A stretch of DNA of 50,733 bases from a virus (taxonomy: Duplodnaviria > Caudoviricetes). This document shows positions 1 through 8,697 of the stretch, piece after piece (positions within the stretch are counted from its first letter, which is position 1; each line of letters begins with the position of its first letter). The notes below the pieces were generated by a model. It was not told the DNA's origin. It did no database searches and saw nothing but the letters and a program-made list of their open reading frames with translations. Where the stretch lies: IMG/VR virus record IMGVR_UViG_3300042922_000711, positions 1-50,733 of that record. One strand, written 5' to 3'. Both the position numbers and the translations under genes were made by a program.

Positions 1-79
1 ATTACAAGAATTAGATAATGCTTTAGAAAAAGGATATATAACAGAGCAAGAATACACTGAAACTTTAGCTTTAGTTTAG
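1..79 (+). CDS. 3' end of XkdX-like small tail-associated protein (truncated by window edge)
   Basis: Identical to the 3' part of ORF 42576-42782 (ends ...EYTETLALV*, TAG at 77-79). Confidence 0.8.
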   Translation, partial: LQELDNALEKGYITEQEYTETLALV

Positions 80-99
80 GGAACAAAAGAAAAATTTCG
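1..99 (+). repeat. Exact direct repeat, copy 1 (copy 2 at 42704-42802)
   Basis: Base-by-base comparison: identical for 99 bp, diverges after ...AAAATTTCG; may extend left of the window. Confidence 0.95.
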
Positions 100-106
100 T
101 GTCGCA

Positions 107-132
107 AAAAGGATCTCTTTGAGGTCCTTTTT
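107..132 (+). terminator. Putative intrinsic terminator
   Basis: AAAAGGATCTC-TTT-GAGGTCCTTTTT hairpin plus T run. Confidence 0.6.
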
Positions 133-158
133 ATATTAAAAAATAATTGAGGTGATGT

Positions 159-476
159 ATGGATTTAACTTTTACAAGTGTCTTAACTCTTATGAGCATT
201 CCAAGCGCTTTTACAGGCTTCTGCTTTTGGGTTATTCAAAAGAGCATTAATAAAAAAGAAGAGAAAAGAGATGAGGCTGATAAGGCAAGGGAAAAAAATG
301 AAATTTTATTAATAAGAAGTGTCGGAGCTGCTATCGCCCTGGGTGAAGCAACCGCACATGCAATAAGAGATGGTAAATGTAATGGTGAAATGAGCGCAGC
401 TCTAGAATACGCGCAGAAGGTTAAGCATGAGCAAAAAGATTTTATGAGTGAGCAAGCAGTTAAAAATATGTTTTAA
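159..476 (+). CDS. Holin-like membrane protein (lysis module A)
   Basis: N-terminal hydrophobic helix plus charged tail; GAGGTG RBS; precedes lysis genes. Confidence 0.55.
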   Translation: MDLTFTSVLTLMSIPSAFTGFCFWVIQKSINKKEEKRDEADKAREKNEILLIRSVGAAIALGEATAHAIRDGKCNGEMSAALEYAQKVKHEQKDFMSEQAVKNMF

Positions 477-491
477 GCAGGTGAAAGGCCA

Positions 492-779
492 ATGAAAAAT
501 AATATGCCTATTACAAAGATTAAATACCGCACAGAATTTTCTAAAAAGATTCTCTATGTCGTATGGATTAGCACAACAATAGTTGTAGCATTGGCGTTTG
601 TATTAATGTGGCGTACAGGTGACCTATCACCACTCAGCTACATAGTATCAGGTTTATTCGCTGAAGTTGCAGCAAGCACAGGTTTTTATTATTGGAAAGC
701 AAAAAATGAAAATATGAAGAAAATAGAAGGGAGTATAGAATATGAAAATCAACTGGAAACAGAAATTGACAAGCCGTAA
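492..779 (+). CDS. Two-TM holin-like protein
   Basis: Two hydrophobic segments followed by YYWKAK; lysis context. Confidence 0.55.
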   Translation: MKNNMPITKIKYRTEFSKKILYVVWISTTIVVALAFVLMWRTGDLSPLSYIVSGLFAEVAASTGFYYWKAKNENMKKIEGSIEYENQLETEIDKP

Positions 780-954
780 GTTTTGGGCAGCTTTAACAGG
801 ATTTGTTACAGCCATTTTGGTGGCATTTAAGGTGCCTGATTTGACCGTTGAGCAGGTTGTTGCTATTATATCGGCCTCTGCAACAATGATTGCTTACATC
901 ATCGGTGAAGGCATGGTTGATGCTGCAAGAATCGGAAGTGATAAAGTTGAGTAA
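742..954 (+). CDS. Phage holin
   Basis: WKQKLTSRKFW N-terminus, two TM helices and YIIGEG, typical of Firmicutes phage holins. Confidence 0.75.
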   Translation: MKINWKQKLTSRKFWAALTGFVTAILVAFKVPDLTVEQVVAIISASATMIAYIIGEGMVDAARIGSDKVE

Positions 955-1513
955 ACTTTATGAAGGTAATTGTAAAATAACATCACCATTCGGGCCAAGG
1001 GATTTGGGCAATGGAGATAAACGTGACCATAAAGGCGCTGATTATGTTGGTATAGACAGTAAGAAAATTATTGCTCCGACAAATGGAAAAATAGTTTCGT
1101 CTCAGATCATTACGAATAAAAGCAATCCAACTTGGGAATGGGGAAATTACGTCAAGATGGACGATTTAAACGGTTTTTATTTGTTCTTTTGCCACTTAGC
1201 GAATAGAAATGTAAAAGCTGGACAAACAATCGCCAAAAGTCAAATGATAGGCTTGGAGGGTGCAACCGGGTATAGCTTCGGAAGTCATTTACACTTTGAA
1301 GTGAGAAGAAAATCTGACAATGTATCAATAGATCCTGAAGAGTACTTTAAAATCCTTGCCGCTTGGGAAGAAAAACAAAAGAAATTAACAGTTACTAAAG
1401 CTACTGAATTGGTGCAGGAAAAAGCAAATTTGGATGATGGAACCATCAACTATTTGCTAAAATATCCTTATGGTGGCGACCTTATGATAAAGCTGGCCGA
1501 AGCCATTAAATAA
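947..1513 (+). CDS. M23-family peptidase endolysin
   Basis: HxxxD (HKGAD) and HxH (HLHF) zinc motifs; TTG at 947 (in frame with ORF 890-1513) overlaps the holin end. Confidence 0.85.
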   Translation: MSKLYEGNCKITSPFGPRDLGNGDKRDHKGADYVGIDSKKIIAPTNGKIVSSQIITNKSNPTWEWGNYVKMDDLNGFYLFFCHLANRNVKAGQTIAKSQMIGLEGATGYSFGSHLHFEVRRKSDNVSIDPEEYFKILAAWEEKQKKLTVTKATELVQEKANLDDGTINYLLKYPYGGDLMIKLAEAIK

Positions 1514-1545
1514 CCGGACATAATATGTCCGGTTATTTTTTTATT
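1511..1545. terminator. Terminator hairpin between convergent genes (homologue at 45607-45640)
   Basis: TAACCGGACA-TAATA-TGTCCGGTTA plus T run. Confidence 0.8.
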
Positions 1546-1738
1546 TTTTGTATTCTATCAGTTCACCTGGTTGACAATCTAACGCAGCACATATTTTGTC
1601 TATTACTTCTAATGATACGAATTTATCCGTATTCAATTTGGCCAGAGTTGCCGAAGATATTCCTGTCATTTTTTGAAGCTCTGTTTTCTTAATATTTTTA
1701 TCTATTAATATTTTTTGAAATTTTTTATAACTTATCAT
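1541..1738 (-). CDS. Xre/Cro-like HTH transcriptional regulator
   Basis: 65 aa with GISSATLAKL...VSLEVIDKICAALDCQPGELIEY HTH pattern; divergent from the recombinase. Confidence 0.85.
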   Translation of the reverse strand: MISYKKFQKILIDKNIKKTELQKMTGISSATLAKLNTDKFVSLEVIDKICAALDCQPGELIEYKK

Positions 1739-1882
1739 TATTTTTAACCCCCTCTAAATTTTCAATACGTATGTTAATTATTTTAATGACGTATGTGAAT
1801 TTAATTGATACGTATGTCAATTATTATATATCTATATCTTTAATAAGTCAAACATTTATTTAATAAACTAAATAAAAATAAC

Positions 1883-1911
1883 TTGACTACCCAAAAATAA
1901 TGTCATATACT
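1883..1911 (+). promoter_or_regulatory. Sigma-A type promoter for recombinase A
   Basis: TTGACT-17 bp-TATACT, framed by inverted repeat CTTTAATAAGT (1838-1848) / ACTTATTAAAG (1936-1946). Confidence 0.65.
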
Positions 1912-1960
1912 TTAATAAATTAAACAAATATTTAACTTATTAAAGAAAGGGGACGTTATA

Positions 1961-2962
1961 TTGGAAGACAACAAGGAATTGGTTATAATCAAAATTTTAT
2001 CCGAATTACAGGAAAAATATGAAATTAATAATGTAGATGTGAAAAACATTCTGGACAGAAATCTATGTGACTATACATTGATTTCCAATGAAACTTCCCT
2101 GATGGCGACAGATCTGCCGGAAAAGATAACTTTCTTTCTAGGCTTAAAAGGCTTAGAGGGGCTTTCCAAACAATCAATCAGCAGATATAAAGATGAATTA
2201 ACTATGTTTCATAGATACGTGATTAAACCTACAAGTCAAATCACAATCAACGATATCAGGCGATATTTCGCGATTATACAATCGGAACGTTCATACTCGA
2301 AAGTCACTATTAACGGCAAAATGAGTGTGCTTAAAAGCTTCTTTGGGACGTTGTACAAGGAAGAAATTATTGAAAAGGATCCGACCGTCCGATTGAAGAA
2401 CATAAAAGTTGATGTGAAATCACTCAGAGAACATTTATCGGTTGAAGAATTAGAAATTATAAGAAATGTTTGTGAAAACATAAGGGAAAAGGCTATTGTT
2501 GAATTTTTAGTTAGTACTGGTGTTAGGGTTTCAGAATTGGTCGAAACAAAACTATCAGATATAAACTGGAATGAAAATTCTCTTGTTGTTCACGGTAAAG
2601 GTGACAAGTACAGGACCGTTTATTTCAGTGTTAAATGTAAATTATTTTTAAAAGAGTATTTAAGAACTAGAAAAGATATACACGATTCATTATTTGTCGG
2701 CGAAAGATTTCCATATGATCCATTGGCCAAGACCGGGGTAGAGAAGCTTATAAAAAGAATTGGTAATCGAACCGCCATAACAAAGAGTATAAGCCCTCAC
2801 GTCTTCAGACATACATACGCAACTTTAGCACTTGCACGAGGCATGGATATAACCATGATTCAACAGTTGCTTGGCCACGAGCAAATAAACACAACTCAGA
2901 TCTACGCGAAAACTAATACCAGGCAATTACAAATTGCATATGAAAAATATATTGCATCATAA
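1961..2962 (+). CDS. XerC/D-like tyrosine recombinase, copy A
   Basis: STGVRVSE (R), HGKG (K), HVFRH, LLGH, TQIYA (Y) all intact; N-terminal core-binding region. Confidence 0.9.
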   Translation: MEDNKELVIIKILSELQEKYEINNVDVKNILDRNLCDYTLISNETSLMATDLPEKITFFLGLKGLEGLSKQSISRYKDELTMFHRYVIKPTSQITINDIRRYFAIIQSERSYSKVTINGKMSVLKSFFGTLYKEEIIEKDPTVRLKNIKVDVKSLREHLSVEELEIIRNVCENIREKAIVEFLVSTGVRVSELVETKLSDINWNENSLVVHGKGDKYRTVYFSVKCKLFLKEYLRTRKDIHDSLFVGERFPYDPLAKTGVEKLIKRIGNRTAITKSISPHVFRHTYATLALARGMDITMIQQLLGHEQINTTQIYAKTNTRQLQIAYEKYIAS

Positions 2963-2963
2963 T

Positions 2964-2991
2964 AAAACAGCTTGAAAATCAAGCTGTTTTT
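2964..2991 (+). terminator. Intrinsic terminator
   Basis: AAAACAGCTTGA-AAA-TCAAGCTGTTTT hairpin. Confidence 0.75.
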
Positions 2992-2998
2992 GCGTTTC

Positions 2999-3297
2999 GG
3001 TTGGCAATGTCTACGATTTGCCGACCATGTAGAAGTTTTTGAATATGATTTAAAATAATGATAAATATCAATACGTAAAACAGTTTCCAAAGTATGTTGA
3101 TTTCTCAATTATTTCACGTTATAATAAATAACGTGAAATAACACAAAGTAATTTTAATCAAGTTTATTTCTATAAACGCCGCACGTCGAGACAGTTTTAC
3201 TACTAACGCGTAATTTTAAATGATTTAGGGTAAAAAAATAATTATTTATGTTTGACTTGCCTACCATCTGCCAACGATGATTTTATTTGGTTGGCAA
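2999..3297. other. attP-like attachment region
   Basis: TTGCCNACC-type arm repeats on both sides (2999-3007 rc, 3018-3026, 3257-3265, 3268-3276, 3289-3297 rc); 13-bp-arm inverted repeat 3110-3140; central rlmD-like 3' end; adjacent to the integrase 3' end. Confidence 0.7.
3176..3223 (+). pseudogene. rlmD: Spare 3' end of an RlmD/RumA-type 23S rRNA m5U methyltransferase gene (att replacement segment)
   Basis: Translates TPHVETVLLLTRNFK*, matching the conserved RlmD C-terminal T-x-H-V-E-T-V motif; no gene body upstream. Confidence 0.7.
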
Positions 3298-4518
3298 GTC
3301 ATTATTAACTGCTCGTTCAAAAATATCAACAGTGTCTCTTGACATTTTTTCGGTAACATGCGAATAAGTGTCCATCGTAGTTGCCAATCTGGAATGTCCA
3401 AGTCTGGTTTGAACGTCTTTCATATTAGCACCATTTTCAATTAATGTTGTCGCATGTGTGTGCCTGAGAGCATGGAAGTTGAATTGGATCATCAGCTCAT
3501 AATTTATTATCCTGCTGCAATAACGGATTGTTTCAGGTGTGACATGCCTTCCATCTTGAGCTGTACAAATAAAGTTTATTTTCTCATCCATCGGTTTATA
3601 ATCAGCTGTTCCATCCAGGCAATATATGCGTTGAGTGGATTCTTCAAGGTAATATATTTTATAATATTGCCCAGTTTTAAGCTTGTTTATCATCTGGTCC
3701 TTTTGGTGTTTCTTGAGGATATTGGCCAATGTATCACCAATGGCTATTTTACGAATTGATGTTTGTGTTTTTGTCGTTGAAAAATACCATTGCTTTTTAT
3801 CTTTCTTAATTACCTGTTTATTTACATACACAAATTTATTCTCCAGATCCACATCATCCCATGTCAAAGCGCAGCATTCACTCACTCTGGTTCCGGTATG
3901 GTACGCAATCTGCAAAGGAATATAAAAACTATTGCCTTCCGGGAAGCGCTCAACGATCCTGGCAAAGTCGTCTTGAGTGAGTACCTTTCTGTCTGTTTCA
4001 GCTTTGATATTTTCATTTTTAGGCATCTTCACATATTGCATAGGATTTTCTTTAATAAATTGATATGGGTAGACTGCCGCTTTAAATGATCCAGATAATA
4101 TACCCATCATGTTTTCCAAATAACTTTTAGTAAAACCTCTATTTGATTTTTCATTCATGAATTCCTGAAGAACAAGCGGAGTTATTGATTTTAATTTATA
4201 TGTTCCGATGATTGGTTTGATGTGATTTTCAATAACTTGTTTATATCCTTCCTGGGTGTTGTATCGGCAATTCACTTCAACATAATTTTTCAACCAATAA
4301 TCCATATAGTCTGCAACAGAAATCTCACTTGGTTCAAAGTGAAGTCCGGCATTTTCATACTCGCTGAGCGCTTTTCTTAAAGCAGCTTCAGCTTCTTTTT
4401 TGGTATTACCGCCAACTCTTTCAATTCTTTTTCTTTTACCTTCGACTTTCCCGGTTTCAAAACTATAGTACCACTTATCTCCTCGTTTTCTCACATGACC
4501 TTCCATGTTTTTTACCAT
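3283..4518 (-). CDS. int: Phage tyrosine integrase with arm-binding N-terminus
   Basis: GHVRKRGDKWYY N-terminus, HTGTRVSE, FHALRHTHAT, RLGH, TMDTY; real start may be 4506. Confidence 0.95.
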   Translation of the reverse strand: MVKNMEGHVRKRGDKWYYSFETGKVEGKRKRIERVGGNTKKEAEAALRKALSEYENAGLHFEPSEISVADYMDYWLKNYVEVNCRYNTQEGYKQVIENHIKPIIGTYKLKSITPLVLQEFMNEKSNRGFTKSYLENMMGILSGSFKAAVYPYQFIKENPMQYVKMPKNENIKAETDRKVLTQDDFARIVERFPEGNSFYIPLQIAYHTGTRVSECCALTWDDVDLENKFVYVNKQVIKKDKKQWYFSTTKTQTSIRKIAIGDTLANILKKHQKDQMINKLKTGQYYKIYYLEESTQRIYCLDGTADYKPMDEKINFICTAQDGRHVTPETIRYCSRIINYELMIQFNFHALRHTHATTLIENGANMKDVQTRLGHSRLATTMDTYSHVTEKMSRDTVDIFERAVNNDLPTK

Positions 4519-4533
4519 CCTTTCTTATACTTT

Positions 4534-4816
4534 TGTTGAAAATTGAACAAAATACGCGGTTCAACTTGCGGTTCAAGTTAAAATATATCTTGAACCGCAT
4601 ATTTTATTGATATTTGAACATTTTCCATTTTGCGGTTCAAGTTCAACATTAAATTTCTATTATATATTATATTTTTGAAAAACATTAAATTTTAATGATT
4701 ATTTTCTTAATGCATTAAGAAATAGCATTTCATCTTGAACCATCTTGAACCGCGTTGCAATTACTACATTTCATCTTGAACTTTATCTTGAACCCAAGTT
4801 GAACTCATCTTGAACC
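4534..4816 (-). repeat. Iteron-like array L (GGTTCAAGAT/TTGAAC repeats around an AT-rich palindromic core); candidate origin or regulatory site
   Basis: About 13 GTTCAA/TTGAAC hexamers, core CATTAAA-T-TTTAATG; inverted homologue of 22425-22760. Confidence 0.85.
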
Positions 4817-5232
4817 AATCTCAATCTAATTAATTTCTCATGACAACCAAATATCATTGATAATTGACAAATAGTATAGTCTTTATACTCGGCCAGCTCT
4901 TCATCACTTATTAAAAGATTTACAGCAAACTTATTGGCTTCAACCTCTAATTTATCAACGGATAAAAAGGTATTTTCTTTTAAAAAAGGTGTATTTGATT
5001 TTGGATGTAATAAAGCATGGCCGAGCTCATGAGCAGCAGTAAACATTTGCTTATGTTCAGGTAAATTCTCATTAATATGAATAAATTTCTGTCTGAATGC
5101 AGTGTTGTAATAACCATTAATACTTCCAAGATTTTCATATAGTACCATGATCCCGAGGTTATTAGCAATTTTAAGTGGATTTCTTGTTTCATGCTTTTTG
5201 ATTAATTTAGATATAATTGTCAATTCTGTCAT
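4783..5232 (-). CDS. ImmA/IrrE-family metallopeptidase (anti-repressor)
   Basis: AHELGH zinc motif, EVEANKFA; directly downstream of the repressor. Confidence 0.9.
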   Translation of the reverse strand: MTELTIISKLIKKHETRNPLKIANNLGIMVLYENLGSINGYYNTAFRQKFIHINENLPEHKQMFTAAHELGHALLHPKSNTPFLKENTFLSVDKLEVEANKFAVNLLISDEELAEYKDYTICQLSMIFGCHEKLIRLRLVQDEFNLGSR

Positions 5233-5254
5233 TATTCCCCCTAAAATAGTGTAT

Positions 5255-5710
5255 CTACATCTTATTTTTGTTTGGGTTATATTTACTCTTAGCGACTACT
5301 TTCGCTATTTTTATACTGTTCTCAATGCTGTCCTTTAACAACTCCCTGGTTTCATCGTCTAAAGCTTCTCCATCAAACATTAAAGCGTCCTGAAAGTTGT
5401 CAAGCTGCTCCAGCATGAAATTCATAGTTTTTGCAATATCCCTCTTATCTCTTTTTGAAAATTCTTCATTTCTTTTCACATCATTAGCAAGTTCCTGTTC
5501 ATTTGGAAGATTTCTAAATTCAGTATTTCCCAATAGCCAATCGATGGAAACATCAAAATACTCAGCAATTTTTTGAAGTATATCACCGCTTGGTGATGAT
5601 TTTACCCATTTGGACGTTGCACCATTTCCCAATTTAAGTTCACTTTCCAACCTTCTTTGTGAAATTCCCTTTTCTTTACATAGTGCTTTTACTCGTTCTA
5701 GTAAAGTCAT
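5255..5710 (-). CDS. Phage repressor (ImmR/CI-like HTH)
   Basis: N-terminal HTH (...LQKIAEYFDVSIDWLLG); ATG at 5710 with GGAGG RBS. Confidence 0.9.
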   Translation of the reverse strand: MTLLERVKALCKEKGISQRRLESELKLGNGATSKWVKSSPSGDILQKIAEYFDVSIDWLLGNTEFRNLPNEQELANDVKRNEEFSKRDKRDIAKTMNFMLEQLDNFQDALMFDGEALDDETRELLKDSIENSIKIAKVVAKSKYNPNKNKM

Positions 5711-5735
5711 TGATTTTCCTCCTTTAAAAAATATA

Positions 5736-5912
5736 TAGAAAATTTTCAGCAAAAACTATTGACATGCAGAAAATATTCTGTATAATAAAGGATAAGTACA
5801 GAAAATAATCAGCAGACAAAATGAAATGTGCAGAAAATATTCAATTAAGTGTGGTGCTTATATAATAGAATATTTTCAGTGAATTGTCAATATATCTGCT
5901 GAAAATTTTCCT
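5736..5912. promoter_or_regulatory. Lysis/lysogeny switch: six operators and two face-to-face promoters
   Basis: CAGAAAATATTCTG-like sites at 5736, 5767, 5799, 5831, 5866, 5899; rightward TTGACA-16-TATAAT (5759-5786); leftward TTGACA-17-TATTAT (5890-5862). Confidence 0.8.
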
Positions 5913-5944
5913 TAAATTTAGAAAAAAGGAAGGAAGTGATCTAA

Positions 5945-6142
5945 TTGTATAAGAAAATCAAAGAATTGTGTCGAAACAAGGGAATTTCGATTTACCACTT
6001 AGAAAAGGTTTTGAAGCTTTCTACAGGAAGCATATGCAAGTGGGATAAGTCTGTACCAAGAGCAGATACGTTACAAAAAGTAGCGGAATATCTTGGAGTT
6101 CCGATCAGTTATCTTTTAGATGAAGATAAGCAGCACGATTAA
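5945..6142 (+). CDS. Cro-like HTH protein
   Basis: 65-aa HTH similar to the repressor N-terminus; first early gene. Confidence 0.85.
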   Translation: MYKKIKELCRNKGISIYHLEKVLKLSTGSICKWDKSVPRADTLQKVAEYLGVPISYLLDEDKQHD

Positions 6143-6171
6143 ATGGTGAAGTCATAAGTGAAAGGTGGCGA

Positions 6172-6396
6172 GTGAAGAACTTGGAAGACGTATTATACAC
6201 AGTAACAGAAGTTTCAAAATTAATTAAATCAAATCCAGCGTATGTGTATGAGCTTATCAAAGCTGGTTTGCTTCCAGTCATTAAACTTGGCAGCTATAAA
6301 GTAAGAAAAACAGCATTACTGAGTTTTCTGGAAAAGTACGAAGGTAAGGACCTTACTGATCCAAGTAATGTTACGGACTTAAAAGTAGGTGATTAA
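6172..6396 (+). CDS. Excisionase-like HTH protein
   Basis: LYTVTEVSKLI...VYELIKAGLLPVIKLG pattern. Confidence 0.8.
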   Translation: MKNLEDVLYTVTEVSKLIKSNPAYVYELIKAGLLPVIKLGSYKVRKTALLSFLEKYEGKDLTDPSNVTDLKVGD

Positions 6397-7756
6397 AATA
6401 ACAGAATTAAAGTTATTCCCGCACCAGGAGAAGGCGCTGCAAACAACCAAAGATAAAAATCGTGTAGCTTACTATTTGGATATGGGCCTCGGTAAGACGT
6501 TTGTTGGCTCTGAAAAAGTAAAAGAACTCGGAAATAAAATGAACTTGCTGGTGTGTCAAAAATCAAAAATTGATGACTGGATAAATCATTTCAAAACTTA
6601 TTATTCAGATTATGACATTTGTGATTTGACTTCAAAAAATGGAATGAAAAGCTTTATGTCGTGTGACAGCATGGTTCAAAGTGGACGGTTCAAAATAATT
6701 GGTGTTATCAATTATGAATTAGCCTGGAGAAGACCGCAGCTGTTGAAGTTAAGTGACTATACGTTAATGTTGGATGAATCAAGCTTAATTCAGAATGACA
6801 GCACTAAGCAAACAAAATTCATTCTTCAATTAAATCCTGAAAATGTGATTTTGCTTTCCGGAACACCAACTTCAGGAAAATATGAAAACCTGTTAACACA
6901 GATGAGCTTGCTGGGATGGAGTATCAGTAAAGAACTTTATAACAAGCAATATGTAAATTGGACAAAAATTGATGTAGGCGGTTTTCCTTTAAAAATAGTT
7001 GATAAAGAAGATCCTTACAAGAATGTGGATCGGCTCAAACAAAAGTTGCGCAATCATGGGGCAGTATTCATGAAGACAGAAGAAGCGTTTGAACTTCCTG
7101 AACAAATTGTGGTTCCAATGATGATAAAGACATCTAAAGAATATAAAAAATTTGATAGAAAGTCTTACATAGTCTTTGACACCTGCAATCTACATGAATT
7201 TAAAGATGACAGCGATTTTGAAGGTAATGACATAACGCCGAGAATTGAATTGATTGGAGATACAACCTTTACAAAAAGATTGTACTCAAGGCAATTATGC
7301 GGCCAATACAGCAAAGACAAGTTGGAAGCGTTTGAAGATTTGGCATCGAGCACCCAGGATAGATTGATTGTTTTCTATAACTTCAATGATGAACTGGCAT
7401 CTCTCAGTAAAATCGCAAAGAAATTAGAAAGAGAAGTATCATTTGTGAATGGTTCAGGTAGGTCAATGTATGGTTATGAATATATTGATAACTCAATAAC
7501 ATTTGTTCAGTACCAGGCAGGAGCCATGGGATTGAACCTTCAGAAAGCGAATAAGATTATTTACTTTACGCTTCCGGAAAGGTCGGAGCTATTTGAACAA
7601 AGCAAGAAAAGGATCCACAGGATAGGCCAAGAAAAAACATGTTTTTATTACTTGATGATATGTAAAGACAGCGTGGAAGAAGACATCTATGAAAATCTAA
7701 AGATGAGGAGGGATTACACGGATGAACTATTCAAGGAATACGAGGAGAAGGCTTAA
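6389..7756 (+). CDS. SNF2-like SF2 helicase
   Basis: DMGLGKT Walker A, LDES, LSGTP, GLNLQ, RIHRIGQ motifs. Confidence 0.9.
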   Translation: MIKITELKLFPHQEKALQTTKDKNRVAYYLDMGLGKTFVGSEKVKELGNKMNLLVCQKSKIDDWINHFKTYYSDYDICDLTSKNGMKSFMSCDSMVQSGRFKIIGVINYELAWRRPQLLKLSDYTLMLDESSLIQNDSTKQTKFILQLNPENVILLSGTPTSGKYENLLTQMSLLGWSISKELYNKQYVNWTKIDVGGFPLKIVDKEDPYKNVDRLKQKLRNHGAVFMKTEEAFELPEQIVVPMMIKTSKEYKKFDRKSYIVFDTCNLHEFKDDSDFEGNDITPRIELIGDTTFTKRLYSRQLCGQYSKDKLEAFEDLASSTQDRLIVFYNFNDELASLSKIAKKLEREVSFVNGSGRSMYGYEYIDNSITFVQYQAGAMGLNLQKANKIIYFTLPERSELFEQSKKRIHRIGQEKTCFYYLMICKDSVEEDIYENLKMRRDYTDELFKEYEEKA

Positions 7757-8300
7757 GTTCGAAAGAAACCTATTGATGTCAATGTTGATTGTTTGCCTGG
7801 TTGCTCTTGTAATAAGCGGCTTATCAGAAAAGAAAGCTTACGCTGAAGTTGAGAAATTAAAGACCGAAGTATTGCTGTTGGAAACGGACAACAATAATTT
7901 AGGAAGATGGAATGCGATTTTAGAAGTAGACAACGATATTATGGGCCGACGAATGAATCAATACGAAGAGATACTTCCATACATGTTTTTTTATGAGGGA
8001 GAGTTTGAGATCACATATTACACTTCTGGTCCAGAATCAACCGGTAAAACATCGAGTCACCCAGCGTATGGGGTAACTGCATCCGGAGCAAGTGTTAAAG
8101 AGGGACAAACTGTTGCTGCTGATTGGGATGTGCTTCCTCCAGGCACCAAAGTATTTATCGAAGGTGTTGGGATTAGAACTGTAGAAGACAAAGGCGGGCT
8201 GATAAAAGGAAATTGTATAGACGTCTATGTTGAGGATGTGGAAGTTGCTAGAGAACTAGGCAGACACAAAGCAACAGTCTATGTTTTAGAGGAAAATTAA
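7722..8300 (+). CDS. Membrane-anchored 3D-domain protein
   Basis: N-terminal TM; GVTASG, VAADWDVLPPGT, EDKGG, IDVY 3D-domain motifs. Confidence 0.8.
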   Translation: MNYSRNTRRRLKFERNLLMSMLIVCLVALVISGLSEKKAYAEVEKLKTEVLLLETDNNNLGRWNAILEVDNDIMGRRMNQYEEILPYMFFYEGEFEITYYTSGPESTGKTSSHPAYGVTASGASVKEGQTVAADWDVLPPGTKVFIEGVGIRTVEDKGGLIKGNCIDVYVEDVEVARELGRHKATVYVLEEN

Positions 8301-8321
8301 ACTTGTAAAGAGGAGGAAAAT

Positions 8322-8531
8322 ATGGACCAATATCAAAGTGAATATCACACGACAAACGGTAAGCAGAATTTTTACGTTGGTGAAAATATTGAGGTTGAGT
8401 TGAAGGATGGAAGCAGGGTTTCCGGGAAGGTGCAGTTCATAAGCGGAAGAGGTATTTACTTCCACACTGATGCAAAGAAACCGCTGTATTGCAGGAATGA
8501 TTCGATTAAGTTAATAGCAAGGTTAGGATGA
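8322..8531 (+). CDS. Hypothetical protein
   Basis: GAGGAGG RBS, in operon. Confidence 0.6.
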   Translation: MDQYQSEYHTTNGKQNFYVGENIEVELKDGSRVSGKVQFISGRGIYFHTDAKKPLYCRNDSIKLIARLG

Positions 8532-8697
8532 TTGGATGGACGTAATTTATAAAAATGAGGATAAAAAGTGTGAGTGCTGGAAATGCGAGCTAAAAAATAC
8601 TTGTCAGTACAAAGACAAGTATCAGAGACTTCCAAGAACTTCACCTGGTGCTTTAGGCTTATGTAAAAAACTATAAAAATTAAATAGGAGGCATTGA

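Noticed and set aside
3170-3215. tRNA or ncRNA 3' end as att core
   Set aside because: No tRNA T-arm/CCA pattern; the forward frame gives the RlmD-like TPHVETV motif, a better explanation.
4543-4650. LexA/DinR boxes among GAAC/GTTC-rich repeats
   Set aside because: No GAAC-N4-GTTC spacing found; near matches at 22472 and 48820 have only 2-bp spacers.
4534-4816. CRISPR array interpretation of the GGTTCAAGAT repeats (also 22425-22760)
   Set aside because: Repeats are 6-10 bp, in both orientations and irregularly spaced, with no 25-40 bp repeat-spacer period and no cas operon.
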